A stretch of DNA of 64,000 bases from Selaginella moellendorffii (GCF_000143415.4 NW_003314290.1:859586-923585); one strand, 5' to 3'. Positions 36,455 through 49,320 are shown, counted from the first letter of the stretch. Notes: generated from the sequence alone by a model not told the origin. Made by a program: numbers and translations.

Positions 36455-36556
36455 CAGGTTAAGCTCGAAACCAAGAGCTTGTATAGTTAAATAAGTAGGA
36501 CAGATTCTTTCTCTTCTTCGTCCTCGTCGTTATTTTATCAGAGGTTCGTGGCGATT

Positions 36557-38155
36557 TTACTTGGCTTCGTTGAGAAAGCCAGCTTTTCTTCCCTCGAAGC
36601 CGGGTCGCATTAGCTTCTTCTCCCTCTGTGGTGTAAACAAGAGAGTCAGATCAATCAATGTAACAAGCTTGCAAACCTTCGCTATGAGCCTTTGCTTGCG
36701 AGCGTCAATGCGCTCCTTGATATGAGAGGCCCGGGTCTGTTGCTTCTCTTGAGCTCGCTGTGCTTCGCTATCGTGTCGATCTTGCCTGGAAAGAAAGAAG
36801 AGAGATTTTCGCTTTCACAGAGTGAGATTGATGGAGCACTGACCATTTCTTTGCACTCTTTTCGCGACGTTGGTGCTCTCGTTTCAAGCTTTGCTTGAGC
36901 AGCTTGGGATTGTCGAAGACCTTGAAGTAGAATCATCAAAGACATTATAGATCATCAGAAAAACAAAGCTTTACTTTCTGTCCGGAAGCTCGGCTGAGTG
37001 CTGCGTCCCACGAGTGCTTTGATGCAACGTCCTGTAGAGAAAGCAGTGGTGAGTTTTTGTTTCTTTCTCTAGAAGAAGGAAATCCAGTTCTTACTTTGCC
37101 CTTCTCGGTGTCTTGGATATCCTTTTGAAGCTTCGTAGCCTAGAAAAAAACCATCGATCAAAACTCGACTAGCTAAGAATAAGTTCTTTACCTGTTCGAG
37201 CAGCTTTTCCTTGCTCTTCCGGTTTAGAGTTCGCTTCTGGGAGTCTATTTTCACCCGGCCAAACTCCATATCACTCGCAACTGGGACCTTTTCGCTCGAA
37301 ACTGGAACAATCCCAGTTTCCTTGTGGCCCTGAAAGTGTTTTGACGCTCATGTGAATAAATCACGAGGATTCTTACTTGCTTTTGCCGCTTGTTGGCCTG
37401 AGTGGTCTTGTTCTCCGACTTCTTGCGTTTCTTCGAGGCGTCCTTGGTCCTTTCCTGCCAGTCCCGAGCTTTGTTTATTCGCCTCTCAGCTCGTATCGCC
37501 TCGATTCGCTTGTGGAGCCGTTCTCGCAGTTCCTGGCTCGACTTGACGCGTTCCGTCCCAGCAACGGGAGCTGCAAGATCCACGACTTCAATCGTGGAAA
37601 CGGATTGGTTCGACGGAAAACAGCCTACCTTGTTCTGCGTCTCCCTTGCCGTTTTCTTCTGCTTTCGCTTCCTCGTCTTCTTCCTCTTTCTCTGCGTGTG
37701 CCTCCGCTACTTCATTTCGTTGCTGCAAAACTTGCAAAGTTGTGACGAACTTCTCTGGATCGAGCTGCAGTTACAAAAGCTTCAATGAAGGGCAAGGCAA
37801 ACCAAAGAGTTATTTTCTAGCACACCATACACGATCTCTCCGCGCTTTCTTCGAGTGCTCCTTCGTTAATCTCCTCGCCTCTCGTTTTTCTCTCTTGGTC
37901 ATCCCAAACACCTGCATTATACCAGAAAGGAGCAGTAAATCACACCGCAATGCTCCGAGGTAGAGAAGAGCTTACCCATTGTTTCTCCACATTGTCATCA
38001 GCGGGAAGATAAAACTTCGGAGGAATCAAGTCCACCAATTCGTCAAAATCTGCAGGCGGAGCAATCGGTCGATCAAGGAACGCCAGCTGATAGGGAGACT
38101 TACAACGCGAGTTGGCACAGACGATCTCCGCAAGATCGATCGCCAAGCAGCCCAT
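36557..38155 (-). CDS. RRP14: RRP14/SURF6 ribosome-biogenesis protein (multi-exon)
   Basis: FDELVDLIPPKFYL, ELRERLHKRIEAIRAERR, MEFGRVKI, HSWDAALSRASGQK and C-terminal KLMRPGFEGRKAGFLN; three telo-box-like AACCCT motifs upstream (38166-38197). Confidence 0.88.
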
Positions 38156-38429
38156 CTCCTCGAAGAACCCTAAATCATGGAAGAACCCTAAAACCCTCGT
38201 TTTAGTTATAAAGAACTTTAAAGATTATACAGTCCTGTTCCTCACCGGGGCAAGCTTCTCGGAGGAGTTTTCTTCTGTTCCTTGAATAATCAATGTGATA
38301 CTTGTGACTTCGAAAACACTTATTCCTGAAATCAGAATCACTGGGACAACATTTTGTGATATCAATAACTTTTCCACGGTGACCACTTTCACAGCTGCCC
38401 CTTTCAGTCTATCACTTTAACATTCAATC

Positions 38430-38730
38430 CGGATGCATGTACTGAGCCTGAGGGATCACAAAAGCTTTCACTTGAAGATCGGTTCAGTCAACTTACTTGA
38501 GGACTGCATGTCTGACCTGGGATACGAGTCTCAAGCCCAGTGGTACTAGTTGAAGAAAACGTGCTCAAGGTCTCAACAAGCAGGCCAAGGCTGACGCCAA
38601 ATCTCAGCTCTGCCGAGTAAAGAACCCTAGAAGAAGAACATCAATGAAACAATGAATTTACTTCTTTCTAATTGTATGAGGCATCCCCATTCTTTAACAA
38701 TGATCACCGAGACCTTGCAAATAGGTGTGG
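38430..38730 (-). pseudogene. RAD1: RAD1 (9-1-1 checkpoint clamp) gene remnant
   Basis: IIVKEWGCL and, after an intron, LRFGVSLGLLVETLSTFSS...(frameshift) SYPRSDMQ resemble plant RAD1 LIVEETGCL / RFGISLGLLVDCLNTFSS...YPGPDM as recalled from memory. Truncated and frameshifted. Confidence 0.6.
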
Positions 38731-39484
38731 AAAAGGGAAGAAAGCTTTCTAGCCATAACAAGAAGAAACAATTCTTTCCTTACAGACTCAAGAGAGTATT
38801 CTTAAAATCTCTTTCTTTACTCCGTCCTAGCTTCCAAACAAATCCAAAGCAAAGTTCGAATCATTTTTTGCTCCATACCTCTGGCACTGAGAGCTGCAAG
38901 CGAAATGGCCCAAGTATGGGCAGGAACGCATCCTCCTCAAGAGCTCTACAGACCTTTCACACTCTAGTTCTTACTTGTAGAGATCATGCTGGGTTTTTCT
39001 TTGTAGCTTTTGCAGCCCAAGAACAAGAAAAAGCTTTTATTCTCCCAGAAACGAGAAACAAACCTGAACTGGGAAATCTCAACTCTCCGCAGCACTTCTT
39101 GTCCTTCCCACACAGTTGCATTGGTGTTAAGCTTCCTGGAATAATAGTTTCTTCAGAGGAGGAACTGCAAAGAACCTTTATCGTGAATTTTATAGAGCTA
39201 TTAATCCATACTATGGCAGTAAGATTATTTTGTTGTCATCAACTTTGATAAACTAAGTCAATAGACAATGTACTCAATTAACACTAAACATTTTAAAAGA
39301 AACACAGTTTATATTATCCTAAGAAGACAAATTAACAGTAAACACTAATTATAAAATAATTAGAGGTTTATCTGTTTCATTTGAGGAATATTTTAAAATA
39401 TACTTAAATATTCTAGAAATATTCGTTACACCCTTTCTAAAGTAAACCAAAAATATACTTGAAAAATTAATTATAGGGCTAAAG

Positions 39485-40996
39485 TTATGTAATTAAAATG
39501 AAACTCTTTGTGTATGTGCTAGATAAAAGCAAGAAAGAGGAGGGGCACTTGGGTTCCAGTTGATGGATGGACGTCGCAGCTCTCTCAGCCCGTTCCAGGT
39601 CACCATGGAGCACACACGCAGCGAGCAACTCTGTCCAGGTTTGAGCATCCGGCAAGAATGGCATTGAATGCGCCAGCTCCTCTGCCTCGTCCAGCAGCTT
39701 CGATCGGCCCAGAATCCCTACCATGGCGCTGTAGTGCTGGAGCGTGATCGCTAGGCCGTGGCCGGCCGCGATCGAGTGAAAGATTTCCCTGCCGCGATCC
39801 AGCATCCCGACGTGGTTGAATCCGCTCAGCACGCTTATGAACGTGATCGCGGTCGGCACGACGCCATCCAGGATCATCGCGCCAAAGAGCTCGACGCCAA
39901 GATCGCCGTGGCCATTCTGCGCGAACGCCTGGATGAGGGTGCTCCAAGAGATCGCGTCTGGATCGGGCATCGCAGCGAAGATTCGTCTGCATTGATCTGT
40001 GTGCCCCGCCTGGGCGTGCGCCTGGAGGAGCGTGTTCCAGGCGGCGGTGGATCGCCCGGGCATGGCGTCGAAGAATCGATGGAGCTGGGCGATGTTCTTG
40101 GCTAGGGTGTATGCCTGGAGCATTGCATTCCAAGCCACGGCATCGCGCTGGGGGAGAGATGCGAAGAGATCCTCAGCTCTGGCGATATTTCCTTGATCCG
40201 AGAAGCCTTGGAGCAGCGCCGTGGAGGAGACGACCTCGTGGAGTGGCATCCTCGCGACGAGTTCTTTCACTTGATCCAGTTGCCGCGCTAGGGTATTTGC
40301 GGCGATGAGCGCGTTCCAGGAGATCATGTTTCTCTGCGGCATAGCATCAAAGATTCGCTTGCATTCGCGGAGATTCTCAGCTCTTGCGCTCGCCTGGAGG
40401 ATTCCTGTCCAGGAAATCGTGTCTCGCCTCGGCATTCTCTCGAAGATCTCCCTCGCCAGCGCCGATTCACCGCTGTGCGCGTAGCCCGTGAGGATCGCGT
40501 GCCAGGAGACGAGATCCCGCTGCCGCATTCGTTGGAAGAATCCCCAGGCCTCGCGCAGCCGCCCGGCCCTGGCGTGGACAGTGATCATCACATTCCACGA
40601 CACGGTGTCTCGATCGTCCATCCTCTCGAAGCAGGATCGCGCCTCTTCCAGACGCCCGCGATCGGCATACGCGACGATGATCGTGTTCCAGGCGCGGATA
40701 TTTCGCCCAGGCATCGCATCGATGAGCTCTCGCGTCTCTCGCAGAAGCCCGCCGCGCGCGTAGGCCGCGATGATCCGGCTCCAGGAGAAGCCATTGGGGG
40801 ATTCGATCGAATCGAAGAGCTTGCGGGCTTCGGTCACGCATCCACAGCTCGTGTACATGTCGAGGACGCTGTTGGCAAGGTGCGTGTTCTTCCCGAGATT
40901 CTCAGTGACTGAGATTTGCTCGTGGATCTTCTTTCCCAGGGCGAGATCTCTGCTATCAGCGCAGCTCTTGAGAGCTTGGATGATTCGTGCTTCCAT
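39485..40996 (-). CDS. Pentatricopeptide repeat protein, PLS/E class, intronless
   Basis: Tandem 31-aa S-type repeats (F..MP.R..VSW..) ending in HYSAMVGILGRSKLLDEAEEL...MPFLPDAQTWTELLAAC (E domain); no DYW domain. Confidence 0.95.
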   Translation of the reverse strand: MEARIIQALKSCADSRDLALGKKIHEQISVTENLGKNTHLANSVLDMYTSCGCVTEARKLFDSIESPNGFSWSRIIAAYARGGLLRETRELIDAMPGRNIRAWNTIIVAYADRGRLEEARSCFERMDDRDTVSWNVMITVHARAGRLREAWGFFQRMRQRDLVSWHAILTGYAHSGESALAREIFERMPRRDTISWTGILQASARAENLRECKRIFDAMPQRNMISWNALIAANTLARQLDQVKELVARMPLHEVVSSTALLQGFSDQGNIARAEDLFASLPQRDAVAWNAMLQAYTLAKNIAQLHRFFDAMPGRSTAAWNTLLQAHAQAGHTDQCRRIFAAMPDPDAISWSTLIQAFAQNGHGDLGVELFGAMILDGVVPTAITFISVLSGFNHVGMLDRGREIFHSIAAGHGLAITLQHYSAMVGILGRSKLLDEAEELAHSMPFLPDAQTWTELLAACVLHGDLERAERAATSIHQLEPKCPSSFLLLSSTYTKSFILIT

Positions 40997-41042
40997 TTGA
41001 ATATCGCGGCCATTGTTCTTTGTTTTTAGGGTTTATCCGGCC

Positions 41043-42960
41043 ATGGCGAGCCTGTGCGTTCCAGGCGCTGGCGCTGTCGCCGCCGCGGTCCCACAGGCCA
41101 GATCTTTGGCTCGCGACGCCGCATTCAGCAAGAAGGTTTGCAGTAGATCACGGATTCACGCGAGGATCTTGAGTGGGAAATTTGATGCTCGTCGCGTCGT
41201 CATGGCCGCTGTTCCTGACGTCGTTCCTCCGCCAATAGAAAATGATTTGGAGGTAGAATTTTTGCTAGCAGAGCAGAGTTTGCTCTGGATTTGATGGTAA
41301 GCTGTGATGTTCCAGGATGTTTTGCTCGAAACCGGTGCACAGATCTCCGACAATGGCATCGTCCAGACGTTTGGAAACGATGAGGAAGCATTGAAAGCGG
41401 CCGATTCCGGATGTGCTGTAAGAGAACTGTTTCTCAGCGCTTTTTCTACGATGTTTAATTTTCTCGACTGACAGGTGATAGAGATGTCTCACTTTGGAAG
41501 ACTCCGGGGTTTGAATGTTCTATACTATTGTTTGTGCTGCAAACGCTGATGACTTTTATTATTCCAGTCACTGGTGACGACCGGTTGCGGTTTCTGCACA
41601 ACCAGAGTACTGCTGATTTTCTGCCGCTTAAGGACGGGGAGGTAAGTCCTACGTAGCGTGTGAGAGTTAGTTTTCCTGATATCAAAAGCTTTTCAGGGGT
41701 GCGATACAGTTTTTGTGACGAACACCGCAAGAACAATCGATCTAGCAACCGCATGGGCGATGGTGAGGATTTACACGCTTTGACGTTTCTGTTGATTTGG
41801 AATGGTTGCAGCAGACTTGATGATTGGTGCAGAATACGGCTGTGATTCTTCTCGTTTCTCCAGAGACTCGGCACGATCTTATCAAACTGCTCAATAAGTA
41901 ACTTGTCGATTTCTTCCCGACTTTGTCAGACCTCAACTTTTTCTTTGGTTTAGGTACATTTTCTTTTCGGACAAAGTGGAAGTGGATGATATCACAGAGA
42001 AGACCTCCTATTTTTCAATCGTAGGCCCCCAAAGCGATAATGTCAGTAAGAGCCCCCTTGTCTTTATGTTCAAGCAACAATCATGCTTTCCTGTTGAAGG
42101 TTATGCGGCAGCTAAAGTTGGAGTCTTTGATCGATAAGCCATACGGAACTCATGTACACTACACCGTAAGCATTCATTCATGCCAAGGAAAGTTGATGAC
42201 ACTTTGATCTCGTTCAACTTTTCAGGCGAATGGGGCACCTGTAACCGTGGGAGTCGGCTCTGGACTGTGCACGAAAGGCTACTCTTTCCTCGTGTCCACT
42301 GCCGCCGCGGGTCCTGTGTGGACCTCGATATTAAAATGCGGTGCTTTGCCAATGGGATCTTCGGCCTGGGAACGCTTGCGAATCTTGCAAGGTAATGGAA
42401 GAATCAATCGATTGTTTTTTATGAAAACCGAGGCTCTTGACGTGCAAGCGCAGGCAGGCCAGTTCCTGGCAAGGAGCTTACCGACGAGTTCAACGTCCTG
42501 GAAGCTGGACTCTGGAGGACAATCTCGCAAACCAAAGGTTAATTTTTTCTTTTCTTCGTCGTAAACGAAAACCAGCCAAGCACATTTCCCAGGTTGCTAC
42601 ATCGGGCAGGAAACAGTGGCGAGACTAATCACATACAACGGTGTCAAGCAACACTTGCACGGTGTAAAACTCACCGGAGCTGTGGAACCAGGAACGATCC
42701 TGACGACAAGAGATGGTGTCAAGGTACTCAAATCATTTTTTCTCAAAACCTGCGTTCCATAGCTTCACACCTTTTTCAAGGCCGGGAAGCTGACGAGCTG
42801 CACGAGAGAAGCTCCATATTTTGGACTGTGCTACATTAGAAAACAATGCGGCGGTCCCGGGCTGGAGATTAAAATCGGCGATGGATCAGTGACAGGAATC
42901 CTTGTCCAAGTTCCAGGCTTGGCTCGAGAGCTATCATCTGGATCACGAACGGTGACTTAG
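41043..42960 (+). CDS. Folate-binding YgfZ/IBA57-like (GcvT family) protein, plastid-targeted (multi-exon)
   Basis: Transit peptide; EMSHFGRLR, TGDDRLRFLHNQST, WERLRILQG, GCYIGQETVARL signature. Confidence 0.92.
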
Positions 42961-43189
42961 TTTTTGCGCCTTATCACATGGCCCCCCACGTTGTGAATTG
43001 GAATACTGGTTTTCAAACGGGTCGGATATGTATCAGGCTGACGTGGGCGACAAGCGTCCGTTAGATTCTCTTCCACTATCGGCGTACAGGATGGGCCTAC
43101 AGCGGGCGGCTGGGACGCGACACGTGTCACCGCAAAAGTCCACTGCCGAGGCATCTCAGCCGTCCGATTGCCGTCAGCCGGCGGTGGCC

Positions 43190-46100
43190 ATGGCCATGGC
43201 CGTGGCTTCTCCCCGCGATTCGAGCTTTAGGGTTCTCTCCGGAGCTCTCGATTCCTTCCCTAGAGAGGCGCTGGAGAAAGAGGAAGAGATGTTTGATCTG
43301 AATGAGCCGGCGGATGAGCCGCTAGCGCCAGAGGCATCGGCGGCTCGCGCCGCGGCTGCCGAGGAGCAAGATCGAAAGGAGAAAGATCTATCGCCAGCGC
43401 GAGAGCTCGACAAGGAGGAGGAAGAGGAGGGCGCTTGCTCGGGATTGTCACTTCTAGCGCACACGGTGGAGCAGTGGAAGCCAATAAAGAGGGCTTTGGA
43501 AGAAGAGGCGCAAGAACAAGGCGCCGTGCCGGAGATCCAAGCGAGTCAAGAAGAGATTCAGCTGGAGAAGCCCGGGAGCGAATGTAGGGGCTTGCTTCCA
43601 GCCCCACCCAGCGAGGAAAACGATGATGATCTAAATGCCAAGCAGTGGCGCCTCTCCTCCTCCGCCACCATCGCCGCCGCCGCCGCCAAGGAGCAGCAGC
43701 GATCCGCGTCGTGGCCCAGATCCCAGAGGCCGGCGGCGCCGGCGCTGGTTAGATCTACGAGCTTCCAGATGTTGTTTCGCGACGAGAGGGCGGACGACAA
43801 TGCCGTAGACTCGAACGGCCGCGCGGGCGTGGGGGAAGAGGAAGAACCCAAGAACACCACCGCGCCAGGAAACTTATGTGAGTTCTTCCCGATCGAGAAC
43901 GATCATCCCAGCGACAACGTGACGAAGAACACCACAGACTTAGAGGTATCTCATGACAAGATTTGCTCTTCGATCGATCTTATCGATGCTCGAGAGGAGA
44001 AAACTTCGATTACCACCTTGGAGGAGAGCTCGCCCGCTCCTCCTCCTCTTGCTACCGTGGATTCGACCACCACCACCATCGCCACCAAGAACAACAACGC
44101 CAGTAGCGAGACCATGATCCACCACGATCACTCTGACCCCCTCGACGACTCGAAATTCGTGAGTGTGATCTGGCAAGGACAGATTAACTTCCAAGATGTT
44201 AAAGTCCCTAGCATGGTTGCCGCATGCTCCAGGGGATGGCAACACGTCTTTAAGAACCGGAAGGTGGCGGATGATCTCACCGTGCAACGCTGCGCCAGTA
44301 CCGACAAGTACGTGAACTCTGGACGACCTCTTTTGTTTTTCTTTGCTTTTTTTTTCTTCTCTTTTTTTTTTTTCTGGTGTTTTTGGTGCTGTCCATTTTT
44401 TGTTCCATGTTTTCTTCGTTGAAAGTTTCGTGTTTTCTACTTGTGTACTCTAACATTACGCGTGTAGATTTCTGGGAGCTGTGAAGGAGTACGTAGCCGA
44501 GCCCGGTGTCAAAGTGACGCAAAGATCATCCGGCGCGTCGTCTCCGAATCTGAACAAGCTGGTAAGGGAGGATATGGATTCGTCAACTGTCATTTTCTCT
44601 TCTTTTTCGTGTGCGTGCGTGTGTGTGTGTTTGTGAACTTTTTTCTTACTTGTGCTCCTCTTGCTTTTTCTAGGTGGAATTCCTTGTTGGTGGTGGCACG
44701 GGAAATGATCCCGGCCTATCACTCAAAGGTCCTTTGGTCGCGGTGGTACCTCTCCACGACGAAGATAAAGTGTGGCTTGCGGACCTCTACCTTGTCCCTG
44801 CGTCGGCGCTCAGCGAGGCCGAGCCAGGAGAGCTGAGCTCGTCCGACGAGGATTTCCTCTACGGCTTCGTCTCACTCTCTCCGGCCGGGGATGGCGAGGA
44901 CGAGTCTTTCGCTTGGCTCAAGGATGAAGCATCGAATATCGACGACGAGCCAGTCACTAGCAGTAAGAAGGACGTTTTAGTGGAAGACAAACCACCTCCA
45001 GCTCCAAATGTGGATTTATCTGGAGATAGCAAGCACCAGCAGCAGGACTTGGAGGAAGGACAACTGGTTAGCGAGGATCAAGGTGGAAAAGAAGCTGCGG
45101 CCTATGCAAGCTACGATAGAAGGAAAAGATATGGCGAGGACGAGAAGAAATCCAAATCCAATGGTGGTGAGGCAGAGGGGAAGGCAAGGGATAGGCACCG
45201 GCATAGGGACCACGAGAGGGACAAGGAGCAGGACAGGGAACGGTTACCACGTCGTGATCGGGACCGTGAGGCGGACCATCGGGACCGAGACACCCGAGAC
45301 AACAGAGAGAGTGTTTATGCGAGGAGAAGTGGCAACTACGATTATCTCCCGCGACTAGACACCACCAAAGGTGGTCGCCATCGCGATGGTGACAAGGACC
45401 GGGGCCCGCACACCTGGGAGAATGGTGGCCGGGGAGGACAGAGTGGCAGGGAGAGAGTGAGGAGCCGGTCCAAGGAGAGGGAGAAGGAGCGAGAGCGTCT
45501 TCCTCCTCCTCCGCCTCCTCTTCCTCCGGTGGAGAAGAACGCCAAGGATGCGAGAGGGAAGAAGGTGACGGTGGTGGAACCGAGTAAGAAGCATGAGGCT
45601 TTTGATAAGAAGAAGAGGGAGAGGTCGCCGGACTATAAAGGCAGCAATGGGAAGCGCTTGAAGGAGGCGGAGGCGGATAAGCACGACGATGGTAGAGCGG
45701 GGCGGAAGGGTCGGGCGGAGGTAGATGGTGACTATCCGTTGGCGAAAATGCAAGGGAAAGAGAAGGGAGAGGTGACGAAGCACCACCATCAAGGCTCGGA
45801 GGAGCGAGCTGGTTCTAGTCCAGACCGAAAGGGAAAAGAGTATACGATAGTTACTGGAGAGGATGAGAACGAGGCGTATGCGGAGATGTTTGTGAGAAGT
45901 TGTGATCCCGACATACGAACCTGGGTTCCATCGGTACAAAACGCGAGACACTTGCGTGAGGATTATGGTAAGTAACTCAGTTATTTTTCCTGCTGTTGTG
46001 ATTGATGTTACTTCTCTTGGTGACTTGCGAAGGTGTCACTCTTCTGATGGATGTCATGGAACCTCAGCAAGGTGAGGAGGCTTTCACTTTAACTTTCTTC

Positions 46101-48170
46101 TGAAAACAATTTTTCTTCCATGCAGAAGCTCTGCATCTTAAGTTATCTTCACGCATCACGGAAAGTTGTCCTTCTGCGGAGGCCAGGTACTTCGTTCGGC
46201 GAGCCGCAGAAGCTTTGGGAGACGTTGTCCAGCGCGGTGTCTTCTCAAAGATCTTGTGGTATCCCGGACAGCTCGACCCCTTGTCAGTAGCTTCGGTGGT
46301 CCGGAAACTCCAAGGTGACGGCGAGGAGATCAGCAGCATAGACAGGATCCAGGAGTCGACGAGTATAATGGTCGGTGTCGTCTTGGACGGTGACGCCAAA
46401 AAATCTGCCAAGGTGGGACTCCGCCTGAGCAGTGCGAGGAAAAACGGTCTTGCACGGGCCACGAAGCAAACTCTGGAGCTGCTTGACCAAGTGGCGATGG
46501 AGATTGCTAAAGAGTCGATACCGCCACCTGGAGAAAGCAAGGACGGGAAGCTCTCAAGGCGGCCACTCTACGTGACAAACTGCCCCGACTACGCATCACC
46601 CCGCATGCTCAAGGGGATTTTCGAGAATGTGTTGCGAGAGAGGGTGAAAAAGACCAGCGAGCTCCCTCCCGGCTTCGAGCAGTCGCCAGACATGGTCTCG
46701 GACGTCAAGTACGCGTCGGAAGACAGCAACTCGTTCTTCGTGGAGTTTTCAAGCGACGAGCTGCTGGAAGCTACGCTGCAGATCTACACGGCGGACAGGG
46801 ACTTGTTCTGCGGGCTCAAGGTGGAGCTGCCATCGCCAGCGGCCATGAAAGTCTACGATATGCTAGTGGCGGAAGATCAGCGAGGCAAAGCAGTAGCGGA
46901 CAGGGACAGGGACGACTTTGGGACCGACTTGCTCGCGGATGCCGGGCGGCGGAAAGTGAAGCCGCTCTACCTGACGGAGCTGGGGAAGTACACGAGCGCG
47001 GACCAAGTGAGGAAGCTGTTCGAGGAGGTGATTGCAAGCCATATAAACCAGTCCCTGGACGGCAAGCTCGTCACGGCGATCCGTCACGTACCGTCGCGGG
47101 GCTGCATGTTTGTGGACTTGGCGACGCCGGAGCTGGTCGAGTACATGCTGGACCTCCACAACCGGCACCCGGAGGAGTTCGGCCACATGAAGATGGAGCT
47201 GGGGCGGAGCAACGACGGGGTGGAAAAGAAGCGGAGCTTTGCAGCGCTGGACAGGGCCCGGTCGGACCGAAACATGTCCCCAACGCCTCGGCTGCCAAAA
47301 CGGCGAGCTCCGGGTGGTGGTGACGATGGTGACGAAGGTGAAGATGGATATGGTGGCAGGAGGAAGCAGCGGTCGGACCCGGAGAAGACGGTGTACGCGG
47401 ACCACCTCCCGGAGAACTCGTCCGACGCGGTCATCCGGAAGATCTTCCGGGCGGTGCTGCTGGAACACATGACGAGCGAGCAGAAGGCGGAGCTAGGGGA
47501 CGAGGTGGTGACGGAGGTGCGGCATGTGAAGGCTAAGTACTGTGCGTTTGTTGTGTTCGTTTCAGAGGACCTGGCTCGCCTCGCCCTGGAGCTCTACAGC
47601 CGGGACGAGGAAATCTTCGACCATATGCGGCTCAAGCCGCACTTCAACTCGAAGCTGGAAGACATGTACAGGGAAGACGGGCACGATCGAGACGACGAGC
47701 CAACGCCGCACAGCAGCAACATCAACAACAACAACAGCAGCAGCAGCAGTGCTATCGGTGCCACTATCGCCACCGCCGCCGCCGCCGTCAGCAAGAGTGT
47801 TACTCCAGAGTTTGATCTCCAAGACTCCCGGGGGAGGTCTAGAGGAGGAGGAGGAGGAGGGAATGGAGTTTTCAAGGAGGTTGACAGGAGGAGATCGGTG
47901 TACGTGGATAGGATACCGGATAAGTACCCGGAGACGGCGATCAAGGAGGTGCTGGACAGGTTCCTGAGGCGCAAGGGGCGCGGCAGCCCGAGCTACGTGG
48001 TGTCGCACGTCTCCTTCTTCCGGGACAAGTATGACTCGTCCAAGCTGTGCGCGTTTGTGGAGGTGCGGAACGAGGACGCTGTGCAGGACTTGCTGGATTG
48101 CTACAACGCGGACGAGGGGGCGTTCGAGGGGATGCGCATCAGGCCAGCGGTCAAGTACTCGCACGGATAG
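43190..48170 (+). CDS. Large nuclear protein: EAR-like motif, SPOC-like domain, Arg/Asp/Glu-rich tract and four RRM-like domains
   Basis: Exons join in phase: ..44307 / 44468-44561 / 44674-45967 / 46033-46071 / 46126-48170. FDLNEP; IWQGQI...LTVQR...VAVVP...LYLVP; four RNP2/RNP1-like pairs (LYVTNCP..FFVEF, LYLTELG..CMFVDL, VYADHLP..CAFVVF, VYVDRIP..CAFVEV). The start could instead be ATG 43028. Confidence 0.8.
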
Positions 48171-48263
48171 CCGTGATCAATCGGGCAAGGGAGGAGCTCC
48201 CTCGGTGTAATCAAGCAAAAAGACCACGGATACGATCAAAGTTTGAGCTGAAAACCTTGGAAC

Positions 48264-48617
48264 TTAGATCTGGTGATGTTGTGTTTTCTTTTTCTTCTTA
48301 GACTTTTTGACGCGGGCATCGTCGTCTTGGGCTTGGGAGGCTCTCCCCAGTTTCTTCTTCTTCCTCGAGTAGTCCCTGGTGATGGAGCGCTGCTGGGCGT
48401 GGGCGTCCCTCTTTGCAGTGGCCGACTCGTGCAAATCCATGGCCACGGAATCGAGGTACCTGTGGAGCGTCTCGTCCGGCTGCGGTGCACCGGGAGCGGC
48501 GGCGGCATGGACAAGGAAGTCGGACATGGAGGTGGCTGCATTGGACATGGATGTGCGCGCGGAGGAGACCACTCTCCCTTCGATGTCTGCCGCCAGGCCG
48601 ATGGTGGAGTCGAACAT
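48264..48617 (-). CDS. Small protein with Lys-rich tail, putatively nucleolar (possible RNA polymerase I A14-like)
   Basis: GC-rich 117-aa ORF with ATG; GRVVSSARTSMSNAATSMSDFL...RYL followed by KKSKKKKK; palindromic telo-box-like site upstream. Confidence 0.65.
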   Translation of the reverse strand: MFDSTIGLAADIEGRVVSSARTSMSNAATSMSDFLVHAAAAPGAPQPDETLHRYLDSVAMDLHESATAKRDAHAQQRSITRDYSRKKKKLGRASQAQDDDARVKKSKKKKKTQHHQI

Positions 48618-49242
48618 TTCCGCTGCTTCACAAGCCCTAATTAGGGCTTGTGTTCACAATATATTCTGCCGTGAAATAAATTCTTAGAATATCTAAGTAT
48701 ATATATTTTTAAATTTTATTCTAAGCTTTATTTATCCTTTATAGAAGGCATGGAATTTTCTGTTTGACTGCATTTTGCAGCAGTAGTTGGTTTGCTTTGA
48801 AAAGTAAAAAAGAAGTATTTTTAGTGCTAATGTGGCTGTGAAAATAGTGTGGTATTGAGCTGTGATGAGTATAGGTGTGTCATTTATACTAACTGGAAGT
48901 TTTTAAAAGTTATACTCAAATGTGAGATTTTTCTTCTTGACTTTAGATTTCTAACATACTTGAGGTGTTTAATTTGAGGTGACATGGTGCAATGGTATAT
49001 AAAAAGTGTTTCCTTTGGCCATCTTCCAACTGTATTTTCTCCATTGACAACCATTGTTTATATGTTCAAAGGCATCCAGATTGAAAGTAAGTCTTATTAA
49101 CTTTGCTATGGAACATAGAAGTTATTTGACCTATTGACTGTGTTCACTTGGTGCTCAATGCTTGCAACTGTCAGAATTGCACTACTTGTATGGGATCCTC
49201 ATGCTTGATAACTTTAATCACTCACTTGGTAGGCTTTTCTCT

Positions 49243-49275
49243 TCATTCCCTCCCAGCAATTTCAAGCACTTTTTA

Positions 49276-49320
<45 letters not shown>

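Noticed and set aside
38280-38560. Possible C/D snoRNA cluster upstream of RRP14
   Set aside because: Box C/D matches are weak with no terminal stems or clear rRNA guide; part of the region is better explained as a RAD1 remnant on the minus strand.
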